Below are positions 1 through 9,002 of a stretch of 32,000 bases of DNA, in pieces. The position numbers and the translations under genes are program-made. The DNA lies in NCBI RefSeq assembly GCF_025149285.1, contig NZ_CP102274.1. One strand, written 5' to 3'. Each line of letters opens with the position of its first letter. The first letter of the stretch is position 1. The notes below the pieces were generated by a model that worked only from the letters and a program-made list of their open reading frames with translations, made no database searches and was not told the origin of the DNA. The stretch is from Hungatella hathewayi (lineage in GTDB: Bacteria; Bacillota; Clostridia; Lachnospirales; Lachnospiraceae).

Positions 1-364
1 CGCCCGCACAAGCACCATCCGAATCCTTTTCAAATGAACGGCCGTGTACCAGACTGCGGCTGCAGTCAACAGATACGCGGCCGCCTCCACTACGGAAAAG
101 GGAACACTCCCGGATACTCTTCCCAGCGTTCCCACAATAACCGGGTAAACGGTTACCGCATACCATTCTCCAAATCCCGGCACGAGACGGGCCAGGAGCT
201 GAAGAAGCAGCGACACGGCAAACAGAATGCCGGAAGCCAGAAGAAGCCGGCCTTCCGTCCCCTTCCTCCTGCCCCGGAGGTTCTTCCCCTGTTCTTCACT
301 TCCGAATTCCGCCGAAGCCCCCTCCTTATTCTTATGAGCGTTTTTCCATATTTTCTCTCCCATA
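1..364 (-). CDS. DUF3810-like membrane protein, N-terminal part; runs off the left edge
   Basis: Reading the minus strand from ATG at 364 gives an open frame to base 1: MGEKIWKNAHKNKEGASAEFG...LLLASGILFAVSLLLQLLARLVPGFGEWYAVTVYPVIVGTLGRVSGSVPFSVVEAAAYLLTAAAVWYTAVHLKRIRMVLVRA. The 'GFGEWYAxxVYPVI...LGRxSGxxPFSVxE' pattern resembles DUF3810 proteins. Absent from the supplied ORF track, probably because it is partial. Confidence 0.75.
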
Positions 365-438
365 CGCCTTCCCCCCGAAGTATTTCGCCATGCCCCGCAC
401 AGCAAATGATTTAAAATAACGGTACCATATTTTTATGG

Positions 439-454
439 ACATTCCGTGGAATGT
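439..454. promoter_or_regulatory. Short palindrome ACATTCC-GT-GGAATGT in the DUF3810/lepB divergent intergenic region
   Basis: 7-bp perfect arms with a 2-nt spacer, located between divergent genes. Function unknown. Confidence 0.3.
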
Positions 455-556
455 TTGTGAATATTTTCTTACCATTTAGGAAAACCCCTTGCGGAATCCG
501 GAAAACTCATTTAAACTCTCTTATGGACAAAATAATGGATAGAAAAGAAGGTCTTT

Positions 557-1123
557 ATGAACAGGGAAGATAACAGACTGGAGAAAAATGAGGCATTTGA
601 CTGGAAAGCCGAAATCATAAGCTGGATTAAAATCATTGCGGCGGCAGCCGTCATTGCCTTTGTTTTAAACAACTTCATCATCGCAAACAGCAAGGTTCCA
701 AGTGGTTCCATGGAAAATACGATCATGACCGGAGACCGCGTCATCGGTTCCAGGCTGTCGTACAAATTCGGCGATCCAAAACGCGGCGACATCGTTATCT
801 TTCATTTTCCGGATGACCCCACCGGTACCATTTACTATGTAAAGCGGATCATCGGTCTGCCCGGAGACACTGTTGATATCATCGATGGAAAGGTCTATTT
901 AAACGGATCCCGTACACCTCTCGACGAACCTTACATTCGGGAGCCTATGGACCCGGAACTTCCCGCCTGCTTCGAGGTGCCGGAAGATTCCTACTTTATG
1001 ATGGGCGATAACCGAAATTTCTCCGCCGACGCCAGACGATGGGAGAACAAATACGTAAAACGCGATAAAATCATTGCGAAGGTGCTGTTCCGGTATTATC
1101 CCGGAATCGGAAAGATCGAATAA
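557..1123 (+). CDS. lepB: Signal peptidase I
   Basis: 188 aa with one N-terminal TM segment, the SGSMENTI catalytic Ser motif, YYVKRIIGLPGD (catalytic Lys region) and the MGDNRNFSADAR box. Confidence 0.95.
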   Translation: MNREDNRLEKNEAFDWKAEIISWIKIIAAAAVIAFVLNNFIIANSKVPSGSMENTIMTGDRVIGSRLSYKFGDPKRGDIVIFHFPDDPTGTIYYVKRIIGLPGDTVDIIDGKVYLNGSRTPLDEPYIREPMDPELPACFEVPEDSYFMMGDNRNFSADARRWENKYVKRDKIIAKVLFRYYPGIGKIE

Positions 1124-1180
1124 ACAGGAAACGGTCCTGCCCGGAGAACTTCCGATATCGAGGGAGCACTTCTCCATGAT

Positions 1181-1234
1181 ATCAAAAATGCGGAAATCTG
1201 CCGTCTATTCACGGCAGATCTCCGCATTTTTGAT
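1181..1234. terminator. Bidirectional intrinsic terminator between convergent lepB and the reductase gene
   Basis: 24-nt arms ATCAAAAATGCGGAAATCTGCCGT (1181-1204) / ACGGCAGATCTCCGCATTTTTGAT (1211-1234), one mismatch, 6-nt loop, A- and T-flanked. Confidence 0.85.
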
Positions 1235-1248
1235 TCCCGGTACCGGGT

Positions 1249-2112
1249 TTACCACTGATAATACTGAACCAGAGCCTGGGTTCCCAGACTTCCTTTCCCC
1301 TGTGCCTCCATATCCTCATACATGGAAAGCACGTATTCCAGCACGCCCAGATGGACGCCTGCGTCCTCCGCTTCCTCAGATGCAAGCTTCATATCCTTAA
1401 TGAAATGCCGGATAAAAAAGCCCGGATCAAAGTCTCCTGCCAGAATACGCGGGGCCACCGTTTTAAGCTGTGCGCTGCCTGCCGCTCCGGTGCCAATCGA
1501 ATCCACCATCTGCGCCACATCAAGGCCCACCGCCTTCGCATAGACCATGGCCTCACATACGCCGGAGATTGCACCAGCTATGGCAATCTGATTGCACATC
1601 TTGGTATGCTGGCCGTTTCCGGCTTTTCCTTCGTACTTGATATTCTTTCCCATGGCCTCAAAGAGCGGCATACAGGCGGTAAAGTCCGCTTCATCTCCAC
1701 CGGCCAGAATCGTCAGCGTTCCCTCTCTGGCCCCCGTATCTCCGCCGGTTACCGGTGCGTCGAGAGCCTTTAATCCCGCCTTTTTGGCATCCTCGTATAT
1801 CCTGACCGCCAGCTTCGGACTCGTGGTTGTCATATCGATCAGAACGGTATCCGGATCCGCACTGGCGATGATTCCGTTTTCCCCGAAATAAACCTCTTCC
1901 ACATCCTTCGGATATCCCACGATGGTAATCACAGCGTCACGTCCGGCGGCACAGGTCTTTACATCTTTGCACCAGACGGCTCCCTCCGCGATCACCTCCT
2001 CAGCTTTTTCCCTGGTCCTCGTGTAAACCGCCACCTCAAAACCAGCCTTCATCAGATTACGCACCATGGATTTTCCCATGATTCCAATTCCGATAAATCC
2101 CACCTTTTTCAT
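1249..2112 (-). CDS. NAD(P)-dependent beta-hydroxyacid dehydrogenase (3-hydroxyisobutyrate dehydrogenase / 2-hydroxy-3-oxopropionate reductase family)
   Basis: 287 aa. GFIGIGIMGKSMVRNLMKAG Rossmann start, DAPVTGGDTGAREGTLTILAGG substrate loop, GNGQHTKMCNQIAIA with catalytic Lys. Confidence 0.92.
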   Translation of the reverse strand: MKKVGFIGIGIMGKSMVRNLMKAGFEVAVYTRTREKAEEVIAEGAVWCKDVKTCAAGRDAVITIVGYPKDVEEVYFGENGIIASADPDTVLIDMTTTSPKLAVRIYEDAKKAGLKALDAPVTGGDTGAREGTLTILAGGDEADFTACMPLFEAMGKNIKYEGKAGNGQHTKMCNQIAIAGAISGVCEAMVYAKAVGLDVAQMVDSIGTGAAGSAQLKTVAPRILAGDFDPGFFIRHFIKDMKLASEEAEDAGVHLGVLEYVLSMYEDMEAQGKGSLGTQALVQYYQW

Positions 2113-2202
2113 GTGTCCATATCCTCCTTCTCGTGTTGTCCATCTTCTATTCCGATTTTAACACGAGCCATGTCTGTTGTAAATTCCGGATTTTCAGTTC
2201 TC

Positions 2203-3540
2203 TTACTTCGCGCCCAGCGCCGCCATGGTAATATAGTTGTAAGGTTTATTAAAGTGAGGAAGGAAAAATGCATCGAACAGCTTCAGCTTATCGATGGTCA
2301 CCTGCTCTTCAATCGCCATCGAGAATAAGTGGATAACCATGGAAATATCGTAGTCGGAACTGAGCTGTGCGCCAAGGATCACCCTCGTGTTCTTATCATA
2401 AACGATGCGCAGCTTCACCTTATAATTTCCATTTTCCATGAACTCTGCCTTCTGCCAGTCCTCAAAATCTGTCACAAGCGCATCAATTCCCAGCTTTTCG
2501 GCTTTGGCCAGGCTGATTCCCGTGCTCACCATGTTAAGCCCCCAGATGCTGATGCCGTTGGAGCCCTGGACACCCACGGATTCCAGCTTCGTACCGCAGG
2601 CATTGTGAGCCGCAATAATCCCGGACCGGACCGCGTTTGTAGCCAGCGCAATATAGTCCGTGGCCTGAATGGCATTATTGTAAACCGTTGCACAGTCGCC
2701 AACCGCATAGACGCCCGGAACGCTTGTCTCCTGACACAGATCCGTTAAAAACGCACCATTCCGGAACAGCTTGATCCGGTCTCCGCCCAGTGCGGTATTA
2801 GGTTTAAAGCCGATTCCAAACACTACCATGTCGGCATCATAGCTTCCCTTATCCGTAATCACCTTCTGTACGCGAACGGAACCCTCCAGCTTTTTCACGG
2901 TCTCTCCAAAAGCCAGGGTAACTCCGTGCTCTTTTAAATGATCCGCCATCTGATCGGAAAATTCTCTGTCATAATAGCCTGCAAGGCAGGTATCCGCACA
3001 GTCGATCAGCACCACTTCTCTGCCGTTTCTCTTAAATGCCTCCGCCAGCTCCACACCGATATAACCGGCGCCGACCACTGCGACCCGCTTTACGCTTTCA
3101 TCCTTCAGACGTTCGATCACATCCTGAGCATTCTGGAACAGCTTTACAAACTGCACATTTTCCAGATCCATCCCCTCGATGGCCGGACGAATCGGAAGCG
3201 AACCGGTTGCCAGAATCAGTTTGTCGAAGTGCTGCTCATACGTATTCCCCTCGCGGTCGGATGCATAGACGATCTTTTTGTCGTAATCGACAGAAGTCAC
3301 CGGTGTCTCCATGTATATTTTGGCGCCCTTTGCCTCAAAAGCCGCCTTGTCGGAGTAAAACAGTCCCTCCGGTCCCGATATCTGTCTGCCGATCCAGAGC
3401 GCCATACCGCAGCCCAGGAAACTGATGTTGCTGTTGGAATCAAAGGCGATTACCTCTTTATCCTTATAATTATCCAGGATGGTGTTAAGCGCCGCCGTTC
3501 CAGCATGATTTGCCCCGATTACTACAATAGTTTCTTTCAT
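2203..3540 (-). CDS. FAD-dependent pyridine nucleotide-disulfide oxidoreductase, NADH oxidase / CoA-disulfide reductase type
   Basis: 445 aa. [29 protein letters not shown] (redox-active Cys), [36 protein letters not shown]. Confidence 0.9.
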   Translation of the reverse strand: MKETIVVIGANHAGTAALNTILDNYKDKEVIAFDSNSNISFLGCGMALWIGRQISGPEGLFYSDKAAFEAKGAKIYMETPVTSVDYDKKIVYASDREGNTYEQHFDKLILATGSLPIRPAIEGMDLENVQFVKLFQNAQDVIERLKDESVKRVAVVGAGYIGVELAEAFKRNGREVVLIDCADTCLAGYYDREFSDQMADHLKEHGVTLAFGETVKKLEGSVRVQKVITDKGSYDADMVVFGIGFKPNTALGGDRIKLFRNGAFLTDLCQETSVPGVYAVGDCATVYNNAIQATDYIALATNAVRSGIIAAHNACGTKLESVGVQGSNGISIWGLNMVSTGISLAKAEKLGIDALVTDFEDWQKAEFMENGNYKVKLRIVYDKNTRVILGAQLSSDYDISMVIHLFSMAIEEQVTIDKLKLFDAFFLPHFNKPYNYITMAALGAK

Positions 3541-3628
3541 GTGAATATCCTCCTATCATGATTTGGCTGAGTAAATCCCAGTTCTTAAAATATGCTGCAG
3601 ATAACTAGAGTATTTCCAAGATGGTCTC

Positions 3629-3657
3629 ATTATATCACACCGTTAAACTAATAACAA
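3629..3657 (-). promoter_or_regulatory. Predicted sigmaA promoter of the NADH oxidase-like gene
   Basis: Minus strand TTGTTA (3657-3652), 17 nt, TATAAT (3634-3629), with a TG dinucleotide giving TGATATAAT (extended -10). Confidence 0.8.
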
Positions 3658-3766
3658 TAACTATTATTAAAAATTAATAATTTTTTCACAATCCATAACA
3701 GGCTCCGATAATCCGTAATCAAGCGGACAGGTCCGCGTCTTCGGCTGGCGGCTGGCCATGAACGTA

Positions 3767-3830
3767 AAATGAGAGTATCCATGCGCCGGCTGCCGCTAAA
3801 TTGGGCTATCGCGCTTGGATACTCTCATTT
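3767..3830 (-). terminator. Long inverted repeat downstream of the esterase gene, probable terminator or 3'-end hairpin
   Basis: 20-nt arms AAATGAGAGTATCCATGCGC (3767-3786) / GCGCTTGGATACTCTCATTT (3811-3830), one mismatch, 24-nt loop. Begins 11 nt past the esterase stop; on the minus strand it is followed by TTACG. Confidence 0.6.
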
Positions 3831-3841
3831 CAATTTGATGT

Positions 3842-4660
3842 TCAGGTGCCAGACTTGTCCTGGCTGGCAGGAATCAGCCCGAAATATTCCAGTATACATT
3901 TCAGCTGAGGATTCCAGAAGCCCCAATTGTGACTGCCGTCGCATTCACAGTAATGGTAATCCAGCTCCGGGCACTCCGTTTCCATAAACTGCTTAAATTC
4001 CACATTCAGGCCGTATAGCGGATCCTGTTTTCCACAGCTGTGATAGATCTTCAGCCCGCTTCCCGCGGACGATGCCGCCTGCTTTGCCAGATACTCCAGA
4101 TCCTCCTTGGACCCCTTATACTCCGCCTCGTCGCCGAAAATACGGTACACATTGTCCATAAAGTCCGGAACAGAGAACATCGGTCCCGCCGCCTTCATGG
4201 CTCCAAACGGGCTGTTGGCCGCCGACATTGCAGCCACTCCGGCATACTGTTCCGGGCAGGACAGCGCCGCCTTCAGCGCGCCATAGCCGCCCATGGACAA
4301 GCCTCCGATGTAGGTGTCCTCCCTCCTGGCAGATGCCGGGAAGAAATTGCCCACAATGACAGGAAGCTCCTTTGTAATGTAATCAAAATACAGATGGCCG
4401 TACCTGCCGTTTGTGTAAAAGCTTCTGTGTGCCGACGGCATGACAACGATGAGATCGTGATCCCTGACCAGCAGCTCTAAATCACTCTTTCTGATCCATG
4501 CGGTGTTGTCGTCCGCATGACCGTGCAGCAGGTAGAGCACGGGATACTTTTTGTCAGGAGCCGCCTCCGGCTTTCTCCCTCTTTTTTCCGGAAGAAGAAC
4601 GGTCAGAGGGGAATCCATACCGAGATAATATGAGTAAAAATCTACATTTAAAAGTGCCAT
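3842..4660 (-). CDS. Alpha/beta hydrolase, putative esterase family (PF00756-like)
   Basis: 272 aa. YPVLYLLHGHADDNTAWIR, GGLSMGGYGALKAAL nucleophile elbow, late CDGSHNWGFW histidine region. Confidence 0.9.
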   Translation of the reverse strand: MALLNVDFYSYYLGMDSPLTVLLPEKRGRKPEAAPDKKYPVLYLLHGHADDNTAWIRKSDLELLVRDHDLIVVMPSAHRSFYTNGRYGHLYFDYITKELPVIVGNFFPASARREDTYIGGLSMGGYGALKAALSCPEQYAGVAAMSAANSPFGAMKAAGPMFSVPDFMDNVYRIFGDEAEYKGSKEDLEYLAKQAASSAGSGLKIYHSCGKQDPLYGLNVEFKQFMETECPELDYHYCECDGSHNWGFWNPQLKCILEYFGLIPASQDKSGT

Positions 4661-4681
4661 ATGTATACTCCTTTCTAAATC

Positions 4682-6046
4682 TTATGCCCAGATAAAGCTG
4701 ATGGCATATAAGACAATAAATGACAGGATGGAGCAGAAGCCTCCATACAGGGTCCAGGATTTAAACGCCGTCTTTAAATCAATTCCCATATACTCTTTTG
4801 TCAGCCAGAAACCGGAATCGTTGACATGGGAGAAGCTGGTCGCTCCGAACATGGCAGACATACCGATACAGGCCAGATACATCGGAGAGTAGGTGGATAT
4901 CTGAGGAAATGAAGCAACAATTCCCAAAGTCATCGTCAGCGCTACCGTGGTGGAGCCCACGCCGATTCTCATCAGTGTGGAAATAATATAAGCCACAAGA
5001 ATGATGGAGAGATTGGCATTCTGCAGGGCATTGCCGATTAACGTCCCCATTCCGGAATAGTCCAGAACGTAGCGCAGCACTCCGCCGGCCGAGGTAACCA
5101 GGACAATCATGGCTACAGGCTGAAGGGATTTCGCAAGAACGGATTCCACCGTCTCCATGGTAATTCCCTTGCGCACACATAAGAATATGATTCCTGCCAC
5201 ATTGGCAATGATCAGCGCAAGATAAGGCTGACCGATAAACACACAGAAATCCAGAAAATTCTGCATGCCGGCGCTGTCCGCTGTCATCATACCTGCCGAC
5301 GCACTGACCAGAATCAAAAGAATCGGCAGAAGCACAATGGAGATAACCAGACCAAAGGAGGGCCCGCCCGCAGCGCCTTCTTTCTTCTCAGGAGCCAACA
5401 CTGCATTTTCGGGAACCGGAACATAAAGCCTCTTTGCAAATGGTACCGCTACCGCATAACTGATCAGATATTTCGGGATAACAAGCACGAGAGCCAGGAT
5501 AGTGACCGTTCCCAGGTCTACAGGGAGACTTCCCGTGATCAGCATGGGAGCCGGTGTCGGAGGAATGGCGGATCCGATGCCGAGACCTGCAGTCATTGGA
5601 AGCACATAATACAGTAAAGATTTATTTGTCTTTTTGGCTATGGAGTAAACAATCGGCATAAGAATGATGAAAGCCGGATCGAAGAACACCGGAATACCGA
5701 TGATAACGCCTGCAAGCCCCAGGGCAAACGCAGAATTCTTTTCGCCGAATACCTTGACCAGCTTGTCAGCAATCGCCTGCGCCGCACCGCTTACCTCCAG
5801 GATTCCTCCAAACATGGAACCGAGTCCGACGATCAGCGCGATCCCCTTTAACGTGTTGCCCATGCCGTCTGTAACCGCCTGAGTGACAAGTGAAAACGGC
5901 ATTCCGCTTCCGACTCCAATGATGACTCCCGCGATAAGAACCGAAAGAAGCGCATGAAGCCTCAGCTTAATAATCAGGAACAAGAGCACCACAAACCCTA
6001 CCAGTGTGGCAGTTATCAACTGCGCCGGATTAGCTACATAATCCAT
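4682..6046 (-). CDS. GntP-family gluconate-type permease
   Basis: ORF 4682..6070. The likely start is ATG at 6046 (MDYVANPAQLI...) behind GGAGGTATTTTTATT. Features: LGLGSMFGGILEVSGAAQ, FFDPAFIILMPIVY, GVGSTTVALTMTLGI, FGATSFSHVNDSGFWL. Confidence 0.92.
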   Translation of the reverse strand: MDYVANPAQLITATLVGFVVLLFLIIKLRLHALLSVLIAGVIIGVGSGMPFSLVTQAVTDGMGNTLKGIALIVGLGSMFGGILEVSGAAQAIADKLVKVFGEKNSAFALGLAGVIIGIPVFFDPAFIILMPIVYSIAKKTNKSLLYYVLPMTAGLGIGSAIPPTPAPMLITGSLPVDLGTVTILALVLVIPKYLISYAVAVPFAKRLYVPVPENAVLAPEKKEGAAGGPSFGLVISIVLLPILLILVSASAGMMTADSAGMQNFLDFCVFIGQPYLALIIANVAGIIFLCVRKGITMETVESVLAKSLQPVAMIVLVTSAGGVLRYVLDYSGMGTLIGNALQNANLSIILVAYIISTLMRIGVGSTTVALTMTLGIVASFPQISTYSPMYLACIGMSAMFGATSFSHVNDSGFWLTKEYMGIDLKTAFKSWTLYGGFCSILSFIVLYAISFIWA

Positions 6047-6083
6047 AATAAAAATACCTCCCTGTTTCATTTTTTCATCTCTT

Positions 6084-6100
6084 CATAATACGTATGATGT
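6084..6100. promoter_or_regulatory. GntR-type operator copy 1 (permease promoter)
   Basis: CATAATACGTATGATGT; exact reverse complement of copy 3 at 7170-7186. Palindromic ATACGTAT core. Confidence 0.75.
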
Positions 6101-6114
6101 CTTTTCTCCTATAA

Positions 6115-6141
6115 ATTATCATTACTGCCGATATATGTCAA
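6115..6141 (-). promoter_or_regulatory. Predicted promoter of the GntP-family permease gene
   Basis: Minus strand TTGACA (6141-6136) followed 15 nt later by GATAAT (6120-6115); spacing is short, so the exact -10 is uncertain. Confidence 0.5.
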
Positions 6142-6205
6142 GTATTATTCCTATATTTTCATCTTTTGCACAAATACAGCAATACCGTTTTGTGCAATTT
6201 TACCC

Positions 6206-6220
6206 AATATACGTATGACC
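6206..6220. promoter_or_regulatory. GntR-type operator copy 2 (regulator promoter)
   Basis: AATATACGTATGACC, same ATACGTATGA core as copies 1 and 3. Confidence 0.65.
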
Positions 6221-6351
6221 TATTTCAGTCTTGTGTTTTTTATGACATCTGTACGTCCCAGCTGCCTTTCGCTTCATTTTCCGTGTCCATCTGGTGACAA
6301 ACGACCGGCAATGTGTTAAAATAAACTCAATTCAGCAGGGAGGTAGAAAGG

Positions 6352-7062
6352 TTGAACAGTTTAGAGTTTTATAACGGGAAACCGCTGGCGGAGCAGGTCG
6401 CCGATTACATTTTAAACTATATTATCGATAACAGTCTGGAAGTAGGAGCCAAGATTCCCAATGAATTTGAGCTCGGCAAGATGATAAACGTCAGTCGTAC
6501 GACCATTCGCGAGGCCATCAAGATCCTGGTATCCCGGCAGATTCTGGAGATCCGGCGCGGAGCCGGCACCTTTGTCTCCGAGAGGCAGGGGATCACCGAC
6601 GATCCGCTTGGCCTTACCTTTGTAAAAGACAAGACCAAGCTGGCGCTGGATTTAGTCAGCGTACGTCTGATGTTAGAACCGGAGATCGCCATGATGGCGG
6701 CAGACCACGCGACGCCGGAACAGATCGAGGAGATGAGGCTCCAGTGCAGCCAGATCGAAGAACTGATCCAATCCGGCCGGGATCATATGGAAGCAGACAT
6801 CCGCCTTCATACACTGATTGCCTCCTGCAGCGGCAACAGCGTGGTGGAAAAGCTGGTTCCGGTCATCAACTCTTCCATCGCCGTATTTGTCGATGTCACC
6901 AACCGGGCGCTGGGCCAGGAAACCATCGAGACCCACCGCGAGATCGTAAACTGCATCGCAGAGCGCGACGCGGAAGGCGCAAAATGCGCGATGTACATGC
7001 ATTTAATCTATAACCGGAGAGTCTTCCGGCAGCTTGAAAAGGAGGAGAAGACGCTCCGTTAG
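6352..7062 (+). CDS. FadR-family (FCD domain) GntR transcriptional regulator
   Basis: 236 aa, TTG start after GGGAGG. wHTH: LEVGAKIPNEFELGKMINVSRTTIREAIKILVSRQILEIRRGAGTFV. FCD-like C-terminus: LVSVRLMLEPEIAMMAADHATPEQ, DMEADIRLHTLIASCSGN. Confidence 0.93.
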   Translation: MNSLEFYNGKPLAEQVADYILNYIIDNSLEVGAKIPNEFELGKMINVSRTTIREAIKILVSRQILEIRRGAGTFVSERQGITDDPLGLTFVKDKTKLALDLVSVRLMLEPEIAMMAADHATPEQIEEMRLQCSQIEELIQSGRDHMEADIRLHTLIASCSGNSVVEKLVPVINSSIAVFVDVTNRALGQETIETHREIVNCIAERDAEGAKCAMYMHLIYNRRVFRQLEKEEKTLR

Positions 7063-7127
7063 CGTTGCAATGTGCGGCGAACCGCAGCTCCGGGCAGGGG
7101 CACCTGATATATTTTTCCAATGGCTTG

Positions 7128-7156
7128 TTGACTTTGCGCTGTGAGTATGGTATTTT
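7128..7156 (+). promoter_or_regulatory. Predicted promoter of the dehydratase gene
   Basis: TTGACT (7128-7133), 17 nt, TATTTT (7151-7156), with the operator immediately downstream. Confidence 0.5.
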
Positions 7157-7169
7157 GTACTTATAAAAT

Positions 7170-7186
7170 ACATCATACGTATTATG
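7170..7186. promoter_or_regulatory. GntR-type operator copy 3 (dehydratase promoter)
   Basis: ACATCATACGTATTATG; 17/17 reverse complement of copy 1. Confidence 0.75.
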
Positions 7187-7223
7187 CCTTTGTTCGAAAA
7201 ATATAAAATCAGGAGGAACCGCA

Positions 7224-8945
7224 ATGAAACTGAAAAGTCAGGAAGTCCGTGCGCTGGCGCCGGAGATGGATCCGCTGCGCATGGGAATGGGCTGGAAAGC
7301 AGAGGATCTGTCAAAGCCTCAGATTATAGTAGAAAGCACATTTGGAGACAGCCATCCGGGCAGCGCTCATTTATTAGGGCTCGTAGAAGAGTCTGTGAAA
7401 GGAATCAATCACAGCGGAGGCAAGGGAGCGCGGTATTTTGCCACGGACATCTGCGACGGCATGGCTCAGGGCCACGACGGAATCAACTACTCTCTCGCCT
7501 CCCGCGACACCATATGCAGCATGATTGAAATTCACGCAAACGCCACCACCTTTGACGCCGGTGTTTTTATTGCCAGCTGCGACAAAGCAGTTCCGGCTCA
7601 TTTAATGGCAATCGGCAGACTGAAGATTCCGTCAATCGTCGTGACCGGAGGCGTCATGGATGCCGGCCCCGATCTCCTCACCCTGGAACAGATCGGAATG
7701 TACAGCGCCAAATGCCAGAGAGGCGAAATCACAGAGGAACAGCTGACCTGGTACAAACAGCACGCCTGTCCTTCCTGCGGCGCCTGCTCTTTTATGGGAA
7801 CGGCTTCCACCATGCAGATTATGGCGGAGGCGCTGGGACTGATGCTTCCGGGCACCGCCCTGATGCCGGCCACCTGCGAAGATTTGAAGAAGGCGGCCTA
7901 TGACGCCGGAGTACAGTCGGTAAAGCTGGCGCAGACGGGGCTGAAATCCACCGATATTGTAACGATGAAGTCCTTTGAAAATGCCATCATGGTGCACGCT
8001 GCCATATCCGGATCCAGCAATTCCCTGCTTCACATTCCGGCCGCAGCCCATGAGTTCGGTTATGAACTCGATGCGGACTATTTCGACCGTATGCACCGGA
8101 ATGCCCACTATCTGCTGGACATCCGGCCCGCAGGCAAATGGCCGGCCCAGTATTTCTACTACGCCGGCGGGGTTCCCAGAATTATGGAAGAGATTAAGAG
8201 CATGCTTCATCTCGACGTCTTAACCGTCACCGGCAAGACGCTGGGAGAGAATCTGGAAGACTTAAAGAGCAGCGGTTACTATGAGAAATGTGATGAATAT
8301 CTGGCAAAGGCCGGCCGGAAACGCACCGACATTATTCGGAGCTTCCAGACTCCCATCGGAGACAACGGCACCATCGCAGTTCTTCGCGGCAATCTGGCTC
8401 CCGAGGGCGCAGAGGTGAAGCATTCCGCCGTACCAAAGGAAATGTTCCAGGCCGTGTTAAAGGCGAAGCCCTTCGACTGTGAGGAAGAAGCCATCGCAGC
8501 CGTATTAAACAAAACCATCCGGCCCGGCGACGCCGTTATCATCCGCTATGAAGGGCCAAAGGGAAGCGGTATGCCGGAGATGTTCTACACCACGGAGGCC
8601 ATCTCCTCCGATGAGGAGCTGTCGAAGAGCATTGCCCTCATCACTGACGGACGTTTTTCCGGTGCTTCCAAAGGGCCTGCCATCGGCCATGTATCGCCCG
8701 AAGCCGCAGACGGCGGACCGATCGCCCTGATTGAAGAGGATGACTTAATAGAAATCGATATTCCCGCGAGAATTCTGCGGATTGTCGGAGTCCGGGGAGA
8801 GAAAAAAACAGCGGACGAAATCGACGCCATACTGGCCGGGCGCCGGAAGAACTGGACGCCGAAGCCTGCAAAGTATACCTCCGGCGTGCTGAAGATCTTC
8901 TCTGAACATGCCGTATCGCCGATGAAGGGCGGATATATGGAATAA
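7224..8945 (+). CDS. IlvD/Edd-family dehydratase (dihydroxy-acid or sugar-acid dehydratase)
   Basis: 573 aa. CDGMAQGHDGINYSLASRD, ASCDKAVPAHLMA, PSCGACSFMGTASTMQ, ALITDGRFSGASKGPAIGHVSPEA. Substrate cannot be read from sequence. Confidence 0.93.
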   Translation: MKLKSQEVRALAPEMDPLRMGMGWKAEDLSKPQIIVESTFGDSHPGSAHLLGLVEESVKGINHSGGKGARYFATDICDGMAQGHDGINYSLASRDTICSMIEIHANATTFDAGVFIASCDKAVPAHLMAIGRLKIPSIVVTGGVMDAGPDLLTLEQIGMYSAKCQRGEITEEQLTWYKQHACPSCGACSFMGTASTMQIMAEALGLMLPGTALMPATCEDLKKAAYDAGVQSVKLAQTGLKSTDIVTMKSFENAIMVHAAISGSSNSLLHIPAAAHEFGYELDADYFDRMHRNAHYLLDIRPAGKWPAQYFYYAGGVPRIMEEIKSMLHLDVLTVTGKTLGENLEDLKSSGYYEKCDEYLAKAGRKRTDIIRSFQTPIGDNGTIAVLRGNLAPEGAEVKHSAVPKEMFQAVLKAKPFDCEEEAIAAVLNKTIRPGDAVIIRYEGPKGSGMPEMFYTTEAISSDEELSKSIALITDGRFSGASKGPAIGHVSPEAADGGPIALIEEDDLIEIDIPARILRIVGVRGEKKTADEIDAILAGRRKNWTPKPAKYTSGVLKIFSEHAVSPMKGGYME

Positions 8946-9001
8946 AAGACAGGAAAACCGGGTGCCTCATAAATTTGAGATACCCGGTTTTCCTGTCTTT
9001 T
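8944..9001. terminator. Bidirectional intrinsic terminator
   Basis: 20-nt perfect arms AAAAGACAGGAAAACCGGGT (8944-8963) / ACCCGGTTTTCCTGTCTTTT (8982-9001), 18-nt loop, between convergent genes. Confidence 0.9.
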
Positions 9002-9002
9002 T

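Noticed and set aside
34-414. + strand ORF of 126 aa
   Set aside because: Low-complexity, protein-unlike sequence that lies antisense to the convincing DUF3810-like frame.
1322-1891. Overlapping + strand ORFs inside the hydroxyacid dehydrogenase gene
   Set aside because: Antisense shadows of a conserved gene.
3663-3681. AT-rich palindrome ATTATTAA-AAA-TTAATAAT upstream of the NADH oxidase-like promoter
   Set aside because: Pure A/T symmetry is expected by chance in an UP-element-like AT tract; not strong enough to call an operator.
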